Shown here piece by piece: positions 61,104-64,000 of a stretch of DNA of 64,000 nucleotides; the first letter of the stretch is position 1; each line of letters opens with the position of its first letter. Source of the DNA: Vairimorpha necatrix (Eukaryota); assembly GCA_036630325.1 (NCBI GenBank), contig CP142726.1:496001-560000 (forward strand), written 5' to 3'. The translations under genes and the position numbers were made by a program. The notes below the pieces were generated by a model. That model saw nothing but the letters and a program-made list of their open reading frames with translations. It made no database searches and was not told the origin of the DNA.

Positions 61104-62208
61104 TATTACCTGAAGGCGTTGATGGGGTAGTCTGAGGCTTGGTATTTGAGAAAGAATTCTTTTTAAGAGACATATTATTTTTTTATATAATTTCTTTATA
61201 TAGTTTTATTCTCAGCCTGAAACAATCATGTTTCAGATTGAGATGAAACATTTGAAATATCTTGTTTTAGTCCTTTATTGGTGCCGCAAGTGATGGCGGT
61301 AACACTCTTCTAATTGAAGCTGTCCGTCTAAGATCGACTGGGTATTCTCTGACAAATTTTCTTCTGTCTTGAATGTTACGAAATCACTGCGGTTAATGAG
61401 ATGTTCTGTGTCATTTTCCAAACTTTTGATTAAATCCGCACCTTTAGTTTTGTTTTCTTTAACTATGTACGGTCCGATGAACTTCTTATCGAGTTTACTT
61501 CTCATATTTCTGTTTCTCATAAATACTATAGTTCCCTCCGGTACAGTATCAGGTCGATCGTTTCTTTTAGATCGAATGTCTTCCTTTAAAATGTTTTCTC
61601 TATTCCGGGTGTTAATAATATCCTGAGTGTTTTCAGCTATCTGTACTCTCGTAGCTAAATACTCTGACGGATCAGTAAACAGCATCTCGAAGTCATTGGG
61701 CAGGTCTTGTATTATACTCGGTAATACTGCTTTTCTTCCATACAACATTTCGAACGGTGACATTCCAAGTTTCCCGATCGGGGACAAGCGGTATTGCATA
61801 AGAGCAAAAGGCAAGGCCTTGTCCCAATGAATTGGGTAATCCGATACAAATTTAGATAGTTTTAATATGAAACTCTGGTTAGTTCTCTCCACTGGGCCGT
61901 TAGATTGCAGATGATAAGGACTAGAATATCTAAATTTAGCTTTGAATAGCTCAGATACTCTGTTCACAATCTGATTCTTAAATTTTAATCCTTGGTCGCT
62001 CCTGATCACGTTAACAGGCCCATGTCTGGTAAGATCTCTTCCATGATGAACTTAGCAATTTCATATGCCGATTTATGTTTGATGGCCTTCGCTTCCACCC
62101 ATTTAGTTACATAATCAGTAGCTACTATGATAAATCGTTTTCCAGAGGCGCACTTAGGCAGGGGTCCTATGCAGTCGATTCCTATCATTTTGAATGCTGA
62201 CTCAAGAA
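61104..62208 (-). mobile_element. 3' part of a Ty3/Gypsy element: frameshifted integrase plus 3' LTR (61104-61304)
   Basis: GIDCIGPLP, DYVTKWVEA, SDQG, SNGPVERTN, FIGPY; purine tract AGAAGAG then TGTTAC; cut at ~62208. Confidence 0.92.
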
Positions 62209-62288
62209 CCGTGGGGAAAGATCGAAATTTTTTTCGTGGCTTCTAATGTTTGATGCATGTCTGGCAGCCTCTAACAACCTTCCGAATG

Positions 62289-63962
62289 GGTACCCTAAAA
62301 TTCGCCTACAGGCGAATTTACGGGGTTTCGCCAAAAGTTCAAAAATGGTTGTTTTCGCCAAAAATTTTTCCTTTTTTCGCCGAAAATCTACCCTTAAAAA
62401 AATAACCGACAACTTGAAATTTTTAAAGGTCAACGGGAGGGCAAAATCTTATCTATGAAGATCAGATATACACTTTAGACTACAATAAGGACGGCACTGG
62501 GCGATGGAGGCGCAATAATAGGTCTTGTAGAGGAGCCATTACAATGAATGAACAAAACGAAATCGTTAAAAAAGTTACTCATTCACATGAACCAGTACCT
62601 GAGAAATGCATGTTTAAAAGAACTATCAAAAAAATAAAAGAACAAGTTGCTACAAGTAATGAAATACCCTAGAAATAATAAAAAACAACTCCCAGAATTG
62701 TCAACCAGCTTAGATATTAATAAAATGCCTTCCATAGAATATTTAAGAGATACAATTAAACGAACAAGAAATTCAAGACTCGGATTTATAACTGGTTGCA
62801 TTATGGATATACCCGAAGTCTTGCAAGTAGATTCTAAAAATCGTTAAATTAGATTTGATAGTGGTATGCAGGATAATGATATATTTATAATATTTTTTTC
62901 AGAATTCAAAAAAAGTATGATTGAAAAAATAGACACGTTTGTTGTCGATGGAACGTTTAAATCTTCTCCTCGGGGGTTTTACCAAATTGTTGTCTTTCAT
63001 GAACATATATTTGGCAAAAGTTTTCCATACATTTATATTTTACTTAAGGGAAAAAGTGAAAGGTCATATTCTAGAGCCTTCGATAAATGTAAGGAATTAG
63101 TTACTCTGAATGTTGAGAACTTTGTGACTGATTTCGAGAGAGGATTGGTCAATGCATTACGAATGTCTTTCCCTGAAGCAAACTGTAATGGATGCTTGTT
63201 TCATCTTGGGCAGGCAGCCTATAAAAGAGTCGGGGCAATAAGGGACATAAAAAAGTTTAAAAATGATTCTAACTATAATCTAGTTTTCAAAAAGATTCTT
63301 AGATTAGCTTTTGTGCCAATACGAGATGTTCGGGTTTTTTATAAAGATATTAAGATATTTATACAAGATAATTCAATTACAACCACAGCTAACTTTCAGT
63401 TATACTTTAAAAATAATTATTCTGTTTTCTATGTAACAAGAGAAGATAATGGTGGGAGAGCTGTCGCCAATATAAATTTTTGGAATGTATTTGATAGGGT
63501 AAAAAATGAAATTCCTCGGACTTCTAACATTGCAGAAAGCGGGAATAAAACCATAAACAAGAGGATGGAGACAAGAAATCCAAATATCGCTCTTTTTATT
63601 TCAAGAATACTCGATTGTGAATAAATGGATATATATAATCTAAAACGTTATAAAAAAGGATTATTTGAAGCTAAAAAAACCCAAAAAGCGGCGGAAAAAA
63701 ATAGAATAATTATTAAAAATTATAAACATTATTCTCGTGAAGAGTACATGAATGCTTTACTGCAACACGTAAATTTCAAATGCGAATAATTTCATTCTCT
63801 AAACCTATTTTAATTTAAACGCTTTTTTTATAACCAATAAATTTTTAAATTATAATAAAGCTTTTAAAATCTTTTATTTCTTTCTTTCTTAATACCAATA
63901 AATTTTTTTTATATTTTTTGGCGAAAACCGTAAATTCGCCTGTAAGCGAATTTACGGTTACC
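62289..63962 (+). mobile_element. Mutator-like (MULE) DNA transposon
   Basis: ~47-bp imperfect TIRs GGTA.C..AAATTCGC.TACAGGCGAATTTACGG..TTCGCCAAAA containing an internal palindrome. Confidence 0.88.
62430..63789 (+). pseudogene. FLYWCH-like domain plus MULE DDE transposase with stops and frameshifts
   Basis: WRRNNRSCRG...HSH; VDGTF, TDFE, GCLFHLGQ, RTSNIAES; premature stops at 62845 and 63622. Confidence 0.9.
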
Positions 63963-64000
63963 GCCGTGGGGAAAGATCGAAATTTTTTTCGTGGCTTTTG

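Noticed and set aside
276-62801. Numerous 60-120 aa ORFs antisense to TE genes or in AT-rich spacers
   Set aside because: Shadow or low-complexity ORFs without motifs or initiation signals.

Overview
Very AT-rich, gene-poor eukaryotic DNA dominated by transposable elements. CCC motifs just upstream of start codons, no evident introns and the Merlin/Ty3/R4-type TE mix suggest a large-genome microsporidian; this is an inference, not an identification. Only one intact host-like gene is visible (2923-3882, predicted secreted protein), plus two decayed, divergent histone H3 (CenH3-like) paralogues. The rest is a nested TE landscape: about nine Merlin (IS1016/ISXO2-like) copies, several Ty3/Gypsy elements and remnants, non-LTR retrotransposons of two types, a decayed Helitron and a FLYWCH-MULE. 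Main points of interest: (1) a miniaturised Ty3/Gypsy lineage with 49-bp LTRs, the gag start codon inside the LTR and no visible protease; (2) a ~650-nt extensively base-paired, + strand ncRNA candidate at 55125-55780 that I cannot assign to a known class; (3) a Gypsy element with no tRNA-type PBS whose gag also starts in the LTR; (4) a non-LTR element bounded by copies of a short structured motif, a possible specific target. All calls are by eye; boundaries of decayed elements are approximate.
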